Shown: positions 1 to 11,108 of the stretch, in pieces
Numbering within the stretch: position 1 is the stretch's first letter
Layout of the letters: each line of letters begins with the position of its first letter
From: the human T2T-CHM13v2.0 reference genome, Homo sapiens
Direction: 5' to 3' (one strand)
Length of the DNA: 64,000 nt
Assembly (NCBI RefSeq): GCF_009914755.1
Contig: NC_060925.1
Made by a program: the position numbers and the translations under genes
The notes under the pieces: generated by a model
The model's input: only the letters and a program-made list of their open reading frames with translations
Databases searched by the model: none
Told to the model about the DNA's origin: nothing

Positions 1-1199
1 TCTGAGTGAGGATACCCAGGCCATGGCATGGGTGGGGTTGGCTGGGCCAAGTACAAAAGAGGGAGAGAGTTGTTGGTGATGAGGGAGAAGTAGGGGGTTG
101 GCCAGGTCGTCAGGGGTCCAGGGAACTCCCAGGATGAAGGCAGGTGTTGGTGGAGAAGGCCAAGTCAGGCCTCAGGTCCTGGGGGCGTGGAGGTGTGGAG
201 GGAGGCGCGGGGAAGTGGAGGAGGTGGCTGAGGGACGGGGAGAGGGAGGGCGGGGCTGAGGATGAGGGGTTCTTGCCCCAAAGTGGTGGCAGGGTGTCCT
301 GGCTTGCAGCTTGAAGGGTTTTTATATTTTTGGCTTCTTGATGGGAATCTGGAATTAGTGATGGAATTGTGTCATGGATCAGGATTCTGTATTCACAGGG
401 CCCTTAATGGCCCACGTTGCCCTGAATGAGTCCCCTGCTGTCTTGTCTGACTTCTCCTCTGGGTGAAGTCTACGGGGCTGGGCTATGTTGTCATTTACCT
501 CTGCCGCCACCGAGCAGGCGAGAAAACCGCATCGGATGAACAGTTGGAGAGACGTGGCTAGGAGCTCCTTCCTGGAAAACAGTCTCCAGGAGATGTAGCA
601 TGGTGAGGGGAGTGTGGGTTCCCAGGGCCAAAGTGTTCCAACCAGAAGCTGTGTGGCCTCTGGCAAGTTCTTTTCTTCCTTCTCTGTAACCCAGGGCACA
701 GTGATGCTTCATGAGAGCGTAAAGTGTGTGGCAGTGGGTTCCTTCTTGTTAGTGATTACTATTACTCAGTGCTGACCAGAGAGAGGCCTGGTCTCTGTGG
801 CAGAGGGGGTCCCTGGAGGGGCCCAGGACCAGGGTTTTGTCCCTGCTCTGAGCACTTGGGTGCTGGTAACGCCACAGGTTGTTTCTGGTGCTTTCTCCAA
901 AGCTCTGTGGCAGACAGAACCAGGGGCATCACTGGCTCCATGCCTACCAGCTGTGTGACCTGGGCAAATCCCTGTAGGCACAGAGCTGCCTCCTTACTTG
1001 TAAAACACTGATTATTAATAATACCTCCTTCACTTCATTCATTCATGTGTGTACTCAGCAAATATTTCCTGAAGCAAGGTAGTGCTGCCATCAGATGAAA
1101 AGAGATGAAGAGTGGCTAAGGGGTTGCCTGGGGGCACACACAGGTAGTCTGCCCCCTCCCGCAAGATTCAGCTCCAGTTCAACCCCAACTACTCTCAGC

Positions 1200-1900
1200 C
1201 CCTGAACCCCACCTGGAGGCCTCTTGGCCGCGGCTCCCTGCTGGTTGAAGCTCAGATGCCCTCTTGTGGCCGCGGCCCCCTCGCACGTCGCCCTGCGCCC
1301 GGGGACCGGAATCCCCGACAAGGGGTGGTCAGCTCAGCGGCAGCACTGGACCCTCTACCTGCCCCCGCCCCCCGATTGTACGGAAGTCTGCAGCGTGTCT
1401 CAGGCCACACTGCGAGTTGGGGGTGGCCCTGGCCGCCAGCCTGGTGTCCTTGCCTGGAGGAAATGCGAGGTGTCAGATGACCCTGCCCGCCCTGCCCCTC
1501 CCATGCCACCCTAGCAGAGGACGCCTCTCCCTGGCAGGACACCCTAGGGCCGTCTGGGCCCAGCATGCCCGCTGGCTCGTGAGCTGGCCCTGGAAACTAG
1601 CGGCTGGCGCAAGTGGGCGTTCGGCGGCACTGCTGGCTGCCAGCTGCCAGCCCCACACCCCACAGGCCCCTGCCTGGCCAGCCCCGGTGCACTCCTGGGA
1701 TGTCCCCTGCAGGCCCAAGTGTCTCAGGCCCAGCCGCTGCCTCGGGGCTGTGTGCCGCTGGCAGGACACACAGCCTCCCGAGCTCAAAAAGCGGCTCTGC
1801 CCTTTCTTCTTAGGTTCAGGCTAAGGCCGGCTGTGCCGGAGGGGCACAACACCTGAGTGGAGATGAGCAGCCCAGGGGCGCCCTGCTGGCCCGCACCCTG
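1200..1900. promoter_or_regulatory. Orphan CpG-rich island with CTCF-like motifs
   Basis: Visibly GC-rich with many CpGs relative to the flanks; CTCF-like GGCCACAAGAGGGCA (minus, about 1257-1271) and CCAGCAGGGAGC (minus, about 1233-1244). Confidence 0.5.
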
Positions 1901-1944
1901 CCCAGACCACATGAAGGCGAAGAGGTTGCTGAGTGAGTGGCGGG

Positions 1945-2985
1945 GGTGTGGGATGGAATTGTGTACGTGGTGTGGTGTGTGTGTGGCGTGTGTTGGTGCG
2001 TGTGTGGTGTGTGATGTGTGGTCTATATCTGTGTATGTGGTGTCTCTGTGTAGTGTATATCCATGTATGTGGTGTGTCTGTGTGTGGTGTGTGTGTGCAT
2101 GTGTGTTTTGTGTGTGTGCTGTGGTGTGTCTGTGTGTGTTGTGTGGGTGTGGTGTGCCCTATGTGTAGTATGTGTGGTGTGTGTGTGGTATGTCTGCGTG
2201 GTGTGTGTACATGTGTGTTGTGTGTTATGTGCGTGTGTGTGGTATGTGTGGCATATAGCTATTTGTGGTATATGTGGTGTGTGTGGTGTGTGTGTGTGGT
2301 GTGTGTGTGCGCACGTGTGTTGTGTATGTGCATGTGTGTTGTGTATATCTATGTATGCTATGTGCTGTGTGTGTCTGTGTGTGGTATGTCTGTGTGGTGT
2401 GTGTACATGTGTGTTGTGTGTGTTATGTGCGTGTGTGTGGTATGTATGACGTATAGCTATGTGTGGTATGTGTGGTATGTGTGGTGTGTGTGGTGTGTGT
2501 GTGCATGTGTGTTGTGTATGTGTGGGTGTGTGGTGTGGTGTATATCTATGTGTAGTAAGTGTGGTGTGTGTGTCTGTGTGTGGTGTGTCTGTGCATGTGT
2601 TGTGTGTGTGGTGTGATGTATATGTGTGGTGTGTGTGTCTGTGTGTGGTGTGTCTGTGTGTATTATGTTATGTATGTTGTGTGTGTGGTGGGTGTGGTGT
2701 GGTGTGTGTGTGCATGTGTATTGTGTGTGTGATGTGGTGTATCTGCATGTGTTGTGTGTGTGGTGTGGTGTATATCTATGTGTGGTAGGTGTGGTGTGTG
2801 TGTCTGTGTGTGTCTGTGTGTGGCGTGTCTGTGCATGTGTGGTGTGGGTGTGTGTGGTGTTTGGTGTGGTGTATAGATATGTGTGGTGTGTGTGTGCATG
2901 TGTGTTATGTGTGTATGTGTGGTGTGGTGTGTGTGTGCGCCTGTGTGGTGTGTGTGTGTGTTGTGTGCATGTGTGTGGTGTGGTG
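1945..2985. repeat. Degenerate (TG)n/(TGTGG)n simple-repeat array
   Basis: About 1 kb of TG dinucleotides interrupted by GG and TA. Confidence 0.95.
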
Positions 2986-3401
2986 TCAACACTGGACAGT
3001 ATGGTACAGGCACCTCCTGAAGTCTAATGCGGAAGGCCCTTAGCAACCTTATGTCCCAGATGAAGAAAGGGTTTGGGGAGGTGGTGTGACTTATCCAAGG
3101 TCACACAGTCACCCAAGAAACGGCCCCCAGGATTCAGACCCAATCTGCTGACTCCCAAACCTGCGTTTGATTTATTGATTTAGATTTGTACAAGTTTCTA
3201 TACACAGCATTAATTTATATTTATTTATGCATTTAGAATAAGCCCAACTTGTGTTTAAAATCTCTCTGCTTCCCAGATTCTCAGTGAGGTGAGCAGGCCC
3301 AGGCTCAGTGGCCTCAAAGTCAGGTTACAGAGAGCAATGGGGGCGTAACCTGGTCACACTGGAGTTCTGGAAAGATCCCTTTGACAGCCAGTGGGGCGTA
3401 A

Positions 3402-4077
3402 ATGTATGTATGCATGCATGTATGTATGTGTGTGCATGTATGTGTGTGTATGTGTGTATATGTTTGTGTGAATATATATCTGTGTATGCAGGCATGTGTT
3501 TGTATATGTTTGTGCAAGTGTGTGTGCTAGTATGTGTTTGTACATTTGTGTGTACATATGTGTATGTGTGTTTGTGTGCATGTGTGTGCATATGTGTATA
3601 TGTGTTGGTGTATATGCGTGTGTATGTGTGTGTATGTGTATATGTGTCTATATTGTGTTTATGTATGTGTGTATTTGTGTATGTGTTTGTGTATATGTGT
3701 ATGTATATAGGTGTGTGTATAGATGTGTGTATGCATATGTATATGTCTGTGTATATGTGCATGTATTGTACATATGCATATGTGTATACGTGTATGTGTG
3801 TAGGTGTTTGTATATTTGTGTGTTTGTATATGTGTCTGTATTGCATCTGTGTATGTGTGTGTATATGTGTGTCTGTGTATGTGTGTGTGTGTATTGTGTA
3901 TGTGCATGTATGTATATAGCTATATGTATAGGTAGCTATATGTTTATGTATATAGCTGTGTGTATAGATTGTGTATGCACATGTATATGTCTGTGTATAT
4001 GTGTGTAGGTATATGTGTATAAATGTGTGCGTATGTGGGTGTGGGTGTATGTGTGTGTATGTGTGTGTATGTGTGTG
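3402..4077. repeat. Degenerate (TG/TA)n, (TATG)n simple-repeat array
   Basis: About 670 bp of alternating purine-pyrimidine TGTA/TGTG. Confidence 0.95.
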
Positions 4078-4193
4078 CTAGCAGGGGATATGCTGAGCAG
4101 GGAAACATGACAAGGACCTGGCAGCAGTCCCAAGGGGTGATAGTGGTGGCCTGGATTCTGGTGGGCTGGGGGTGAGGAGCGGATGGATTCCGA

Positions 4194-4545
4194 GAGTTCG
4201 GAGGGGCTTGGGCAGGACTGGGTGGTGGTTTGGAAGTGAGTTCGGAGGGGCTTGGGCAGGACTGGGTGGTGGTTTGGATGTGAGTTGGGAGGGGCTTGGG
4301 CAGGACTGGGTGGTGGTTTGGATGTGAGTTCAGAGGGGCTTGGGCAGGACTGGGTGGTGGTTTGCATGTGAGTTCGGAGGGGCTTGGGCAGGACTGGGTG
4401 GTAGTTTGGATGTGAGTTGGGAGGGGCTTGGACAGGACTGGGTGGTGGTTTGGATGTGAGTTGGGAGGGGCTTGGGCAGGACTGGGTGGTGGTTTGGATG
4501 TGAGTTGGGAGGGGCTTGGGCAGGACTGGGTGGTGGTTTGGATGT
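4194..4545 (+). repeat. G-rich minisatellite, 44-bp unit x 8
   Basis: Unit GAGTT(C/G)(G/A)GAGGGGCTTGGGCAGGACTGGGTGGTGGTTTGGATGT starting at 4194, 4238, 4282, 4326, 4370, 4414, 4458 and 4502. Confidence 0.97.
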
Positions 4546-7500
4546 GGGAGGTGGGCAGGAGGAGGCAGCAAGTGTCTGCTGTGGGAACCCGGGTAGTTGA
4601 CGGGGGCTCATTCTCTGAGGTGGGAGAGAGGAGCAGACGGGGAAGGCAGTGAGTTCAGCCCTGTACCCGACATGTGGGGCAGAGCTCCTGCTTTCTGGGG
4701 GTTCTGTGGCCTTCTCTGAGTGACGCCCACACATGCACATACACACCTACTTCCCCCAGTGCACCTGGGCTATTCCCCAGCTTGGCAGCTGATGGGAAGA
4801 ATCAGAAAGGGTCTGGAGGGCAGTGGCTGCATCCTGCTTCAGCCCGAGCTCTACCTTGACCAGTAAGTCCTGAGCCCCGGCCATTTCCGGGCTGTCCCCG
4901 GGCCTGGTGGGAGGAGGAAGACATGGCCACCATTCTATTAGAGGCCTGGCTGTGGCCAAGCTCTCTGAGGGACAGGAGCCTGTAGCACTGGACTTGGTGG
5001 CCCAAGCCCCCGCCACCGGTGGACAGACGTGTACCTCAGAATCCAGAACTCAGGTCCCAGCACTCTGTTCTAGCATTTGAGGCAGCCTCATCCTAAAGCC
5101 TGGAGTCCCTCCTCACCTCAGCCTTGGGCCCCTCTGGCTGGATCGCAGGGTGCTAGCGTCTTCCTCTTGGCAGAAGGCCAATGGAACCCCAAGAGGCGCT
5201 CTCTCTGCCCCCTCTTTTCAGCCTCTCTAAGTGTCCCTCCTCCATGCCCACTGCAGAGCAGCCCCCGTCTGATTTGCTGGGTCATCCTTGTCCCCTTGGA
5301 GCCTCAGTTTCCTCACCTGTCCATGGCAGAGCCATAGTGGGGGAAGTCCCCATGATGAGGAAGGGGCACATTCCTCAGAACAGGGGCATCTCTTGTCCTC
5401 CTGTCGGGGTCCCTGCCTGCAGTGTGGGGGGCCGCCTATGAGAAGGCTCTGTGGGCCCCTCCTCTGGGGCCCTCCCTGGCAGGCGGCCAGCAGTTCTTCT
5501 AGGCTGAATGAGTTATTTTGAAGCCAATGTGGGAGGTGGATTAATGAGCAGTTGGCTCTGGAACTGTGATCGGTGCCAGCCCCCAGCTCCCACCCTTGTG
5601 CCCACTGGCTCTGGAAATGCCACCGAGCATGGGCCTCCCTCCCCAGGGCTGAGCAGCAAGAGGCAGGCTAGGAGGCCCACTGTCCTGTCTCACCCATCTC
5701 CCATCCTCAGGCCTCCGGGGCAGGAAGGGGCGTGTGGTGGTTCTTCTCAGGTCAAGCCGAGCTCCTAGCGGGCCATCCTCGAGAGTCCCCAGCAGGACTT
5801 CGAGGCCCCTCCGAGGCTGCCCCAGTTCTCTGCTCTGGGCACAGTGTGTGGGTTGTCCAACATTCCTGTGAATCTTTAGCAGCAACAAAAGTTCGGAGCC
5901 CTTGCCTGCCACAGCCAGCCGCATTCCAAGAGGGACATGCAGCTGGGGTTCCTGCTCCCATTTAGCACATGAGGAGCAGGCGCAGCCAGTCACACAGCCA
6001 GGGGGTGGGGGAGTCCAGGAACCCATCTCCTGTGCGTGCCCGTCTACCATGACGCTCCCTCAAGCCACAAATGCTCCCTCCTCCCTCTCTCTCCCCGCCT
6101 CCCCGTCCTCCTCCTCTCACTCCTTCCTCTGTGGCCCTCATGCTTGCTCTGTCCCCCTTCTGATGACCCCAAATCCTTTCCACCCTCTTCCCAGGGTTTC
6201 CTCCCCATTGGGCCATGACCTCCACAAAAGCAGTGGCACAACAGACCCATCTCAGTCACCCCAGCATCCAGCACAGGGCTGGTCACAGCAGCATCCACAA
6301 CTGTCCACTGTCCACTGAGTGACCAAGTGAATGAATGTGTGCAGCCCAGTGCGACCCGGAGCTCCCTTCCAAGCAATCTGTTCCTCCGGCTTGCATGCCT
6401 CTGGCTGTGGGAAGCTCACTTCCTTATGAAGAATCCGTTTCCACCTTTAGATGGTTCTGTCCATCTGGAAGGCTGGCCTTATGGTGAGCTGGAAGCTGCC
6501 CCTCTGGAGCTGCCCACATGAGCCACACAGAACAGACCTGCTGTCTTTCCCCACTTCATCCTTTCATCAAAACCCCACTGCTTTGTGCTCCAGGCTGAGC
6601 GGTGGAGATCTGGCTCCTGCCCACTAGCCTGGGTCACCACATCCCGGCCCCTGGCTTCTTTGCTGTTTCTCGTGCACATCATGCCTGATTCCCCGCCCAG
6701 CACCTTTGCACCCCTAGTCTTGGTGGGCCCCTTCTCCTCCATCAAATCTCCGCCCAAACATGTCCTCTCCAGCGGAAGTCAGCCCTTCCCTTGTTCTGTT
6801 GCGTCCTCCTGTTTATTTCCTTCACTTGCCAGCTCATCTCAGCTTAGCTCATCTTACTTCCTTAATTTGCAGTCTTTATTTCCAGCCACCATGAGAACAG
6901 AAGGTCTCTGGAGTGGGGACCTCATCTCTAACCCTGGAGCCTTCCACAGGGCCTGGTACACAGGCATTAATAACTGTGTGCCCAATGACATCATCCCCAT
7001 CCCCATCACCATTCTCTTCATAGAGGCAGAAGAGCCATGAAGCGGCTAAAAACCAGGCCTCTGGGCCATACTGTCGGGCGCTGGGGCTGAATCCGGGACT
7101 CAACCAGTGTTTCCAAGCAGCCTCAGAGATAGAAGCAGGCAGGGCTGAGAACGCTGATTCCCCACTGCTCAAGCAGGCATCTTGATTTTGCCCAGAATTT
7201 AGGCTTTTTCTCTTAAATCTTTCTCATTCCCCTGTAAACACAGAATCCCTTCAGGATCTGCAGGGGAAAGGAAATTCATGTATAATGAACATCTCCTGTG
7301 TGCCTCGTGAGTTTGTTTGCTCTTCCTAACAACCCCATGATTGAAGCCCCTGCTTTACACATGAGGAGCCTGAGGCTCCTCAGAGAGGCTGATGCACTTG
7401 TTCAAGGACACACAGCTGGGAGAGATGAACCTGGGACTGCACCTCAGTGCTGTGCGACCCCAGGATCTTGGGGTTTGGAACTGGAGGAGTTCTGTGGAAG

Positions 7501-7859
7501 TTGGAGCCAGCATGTTCTGTAGAGCCAGAAACAGGCTTTGGCTGCCCCTGAAGCCTGATCCAAAGGTAGCGAGTTCCTCCACTGGAGGATACCAACAACA
7601 TGCCGAGTAAGCTACCACGAAGCCTGTGCAGTTGACACGTGTTGGCTCCGTTCCAACAACTTTAGGAGGAGGGAACCATGCTCAGCCCTATTTACCCTGA
7701 AGAAATGAAGACTGAGAAGTCAGTGGAAGGCTCTGGGACAGAGTGGAATGAATATGCAGTGGAAGTAGTCATTACAGCAGTTCCAATGCGTGCGTCACTG
7801 CTTACGTGGGACACCGCAGTGGTGTAGCCAACCCTGGGCTCAGGGTGCTGCAAACAACA

Positions 7860-8010
7860 CTCCACTTAATGTTTACAGCAACCCAAGGAAAGCCAGTGCC
7901 ATTATTGTAGCCATTCTCCAGATGTAGAAATGGGTTCAGAAAGGTTAAGTAATTTGCACAAGGTTACACAGCTTGTCAGTGGCAAAAAAATGACAGTCAC
8001 ATGACCGACT
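7860..8010 (+). mobile_element. MIR SINE fragment
   Basis: ccattctccagatgtagaaatgggttcagaaaggttaagtaatttgcacaaggttacacagc is the MIR core. Confidence 0.75.
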
Positions 8011-8329
8011 TCAAGCCCCACGAGAAATCCCCAGCCGATGGGGCTGCTGCTTCTGAGATGAAGCAACTGTGAGCCTCTGTCAGGGTCAGGAGCCCCAGTC
8101 CTCTTTCTAGGGCCACTTGTGACGTCCCCATCCTTGTGGGCCTCAGCAGAAGGGAGAGTATCCCTGGGGATGTCCTCTGGCCATTTCAAGGACAAATTGT
8201 AGAAGGCTCTCGGTTTGAGGGGCCATCTTTCCTGTGACCGTCTCTGGCTCTCACAGGTGCAAAGAATCACCCTTTCAAGAGGGTCTTTGGATCTAGAACC
8301 TTCCACACTCCTCTCCCATCTGATCAGCC

Positions 8330-8690
8330 ATACCACTCTGAAAAAGCAATCTGAAGGAAATATTTTAAAATTTGAGAACAGCTTTTGGCACAAAGGTATG
8401 CATCACAGCTTTGTGCAGAATAGCAGGAAACAATTTTCAGATTGTGAGCCATGGGATCAGCCTCTTGGAGGAGAAAGAACTTAGAATGAAAGGGAAATGC
8501 TCATGAAATCTTACATGTACTGAGCAGGAGACGACAGAGCACCATCTAAAGCACAGGGGTAAGCAAAGGAACAAAAGGATGTCAGCGAATGTCGAGGACG
8601 CTTGGGGTGAGACAGAGCTGGGGACTTTTCTATGTTTTTTCCTTATTGTCATATTTACCAAGTTTATTTAAACAAGCATTACTTTTATAG
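8330..8690 (+). mobile_element. Ancient L1 (L1ME/L1MC-type) 3' UTR remnant
   Basis: AT-rich with recalled L1M 3' UTR motifs (cactctgaaaaagcaat, cattacttttata). Confidence 0.45.
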
Positions 8691-10525
8691 TGGGTCAGTG
8701 GGGAGAGAGATAGAGAGACCTCTATTTTATGCAACTAAAACCGAAACTGCTTCTGGATGCAGACAAGAACCAGGTGTGCCACCATGGCCAGGGTGCAGGC
8801 TCTCCCACTGCCAGATCCTGTGAGGCTGACAGATGTTGAATTTTCTAATGCTGCCCTTCTCTGAGGAACACTGGACATCTCAGTTAAAAATGTTGTACCT
8901 GGGTTGCCAGAAATTCTTTCCAAAGCACTTACAGTCTTACCTCAGGCTTGGCTGTGGGGCGTCTTGGCAGTTCTTTTGCCTGCAACTCTTGCACGTATTT
9001 TCCAAAGCACAGAATCGTTTTTAGTGGAAGTAGTAGCTTTCCCCTATAGGATCTTCAGCGCAAGGGCTGGGGAAAAGGTGGGCAGTGGGTGTGGCATTTC
9101 AGCTGGCTGATGTCCATATTCACATGAAGGGAGTTCATCTGATCCAATGGGCTTGACCAGGGAATTTAATTATTATTTGGGTGTACCAGGGCTGAGGGCC
9201 CTTTCCAAGCCAGGCCAAGTCTGCAATGTCCCCTGTGGCCAGGGGAGCCCCGAAGGTCCAGAGACCAAGGAAGGAGCCCAGAGCAGGCCAGGGTAGCCCC
9301 TGGTCCTGGGTCTCTTGTGCCCCCAGATGCTGTTTCTCCCCAGCTGGAGCTGGTCTGCTGAGGGCCTTCAGGAATCCTCCAGGGGTGCCCAGCACATCAA
9401 GAGAGCATCTCACTCTGGGCGCCTGTGTCCTTAATCTTCATGGGACCATGCCCGTGAGAAGGTGGAGGACCCTTCAGCACAGCCGCTGCCTGCCCCTGGG
9501 TGGGGGCTGATCCTGAGGGTGGGTCTTTGGAATGGAGCAAGTAGAGGTGAGGAGTGAGGGGGAAGGGGGTGTGCTCTATCCTGTGCTTTGTGATGAACTC
9601 CTAGCCCCATCCGAGGGAGGTGAAAACTGAGGCTTGGTACAAGAGACTTTCCCAAGATCATCCAATCTGCAGCAGAGCCAGAAACCCAGGACATGAGGTT
9701 TCTCAGGGGGCATCAGGACCCCCAAGTGCTCACTGTGGAAGGTTCTTCCAAAGCCTCCTTCTGGTCCTAGATGGGCCCATCATAGAGAAGGAATAGTGAG
9801 TCAGCTCTAGGCAGTGTGTACACTGGAAAGAACATGGGCTCTGGAATCAGATAAACTCGGTTTCTACTGTGTGATCTTGGGTAAGTCACTTAACGTCTCT
9901 GAGCCTTCCATTTTCTGTAGCTGGACACCAATACCAACCTCATGGGGTTAGTTTGAAGCAAAGGAGCTTTCCTGGGAATGACAGGGAAAGAGAAGTCATT
10001 GACACCAGGGGATACTCAGCCGGTCTCAATGCAGGACAGATGCTCCCAGGACACACCAGCGGGAGGTGCCCCCTGCCGGGGTCTGGAGGGCAGGACCAGC
10101 ATGCCTCCTCCCCTGAAACCTCTGCGCCTGACATTGCCTGGCACGAGGCAGGGGCTTGATAAGTGTCCGCTGGTCAAATGGAGCGGATCTGGCAAGGGGC
10201 CAGCCCCATTCCTGGTGTTCTCCCTGCCTTCCTGGCTCTGGAGCCCCCTCCTGCTCCGAAGGCTCCGCTCTGCCATAAGCCAGGTCCCTACCCTGCCCTG
10301 TGTGGCTCAGGAGACGTGGACATCCCCGAGCTGGTCCAGATGCCTGCACCCCTGCTTTGCTCCTGGGGGAGGACTTTGCCTGTTTCTCATGGACGCTTAC
10401 ACCGTGCCAGAGGCTGGGCCTCACCTGCACGATCCCGTTAATGCCTCGCAACCCCACAGGGCAAGCGCCTTGAGGATCTTCACTCTACAGAGGTGGCAGC
10501 TGGAGCTTTGGAGGAAAGGAGTTGC

Positions 10526-10848
10526 TGCTGCGGACTGAATTGTGCCCCTGCTGCCCCCACATTCATATATGGAAGCTCTAACCCTCTATGTGACTATATG
10601 TGGGACGCGGTCTTTAGGAGGTAATGAAGGTAAAATGAGGTCATAATCCCACAGGACCGCGGCCTTATAACAAGAGGAAGAGGGACCGGAACGCTCTCTC
10701 CATGTGAGTGTACAGGGCAGGCCAGGAGGAGGGCCCGCTCCAGAAATGGCCCCGCGCCAGGCTGCCCAGCCGCCACCGCTGGGAGAAATGAGTTTCTGTT
10801 GCGAGCTGCCAAGTCTGCAGTACTGTGTTATGGCCGGGGCTGACCGTC
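10526..10848 (+). mobile_element. MaLR solo LTR (MLT1B-like) inserted in a MIR
   Basis: gactgaattgtgcccc...attcatatatggaagctctaacc...gtaaaatgaggtcat...tactgtgttatggc; MIR sequence resumes at about 10849 (gcccaaggtcacacag). Confidence 0.8.
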
Positions 10849-11088
10849 ACTCGCCCAAGGTCACACAGAGAGGAGCAACCAGGATTCAAGCTCAGTCTGT
10901 TCTTGAGAACTCAGGCCTGTTCATGACCCCACAGTGGGTCTCCTGTGCTAGGGCTGTGCCTCAGTAGCCGGGTCTGTGGAGTGGGTGGCTTTTTTCTGCC
11001 CTGCTCCAGGGTCATGAAGCCTGAGTAACCTCTGACTCACCTCAGGCTCGGCAGGCTCCCTGCTGGCCATGGGGCCATTTCTGCTGCT

Positions 11089-11108
11089 GCAGCGCCCCCT
11101 GCTGGCCC
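11089..11108 (-). promoter_or_regulatory. Consensus CTCF site
   Basis: Minus strand GGGCCAGCAGGGGGCGCTGC matches the CTCF core CCASYAGRKGGCRS; second weaker copy GGCCAGCAGGGAGCC at 11054-11068. Confidence 0.75.

Noticed and set aside
300-740. Minus-strand ORFs and a TATAAAA near 325 suggesting a small gene or pseudogene
   Set aside because: No recognisable protein similarity or splice structure; TATA-like words are common
1857-4008. Many long Cys/Val-rich and His/Thr-rich ORFs (up to 227 aa)
   Set aside because: Translations of TG/CA simple repeats, which are stop-poor by composition
4194-4545. CRISPR-like regular repeat array
   Set aside because: Head-to-tail tandem units with no unique spacers; eukaryotic DNA with no cas genes
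3936-4746. Pro-rich repetitive ORFs (211 aa, 138 aa) resembling extensin or mucin
   Set aside because: Translation of the 44-bp minisatellite; the unit is not a multiple of 3 and there is no gene context
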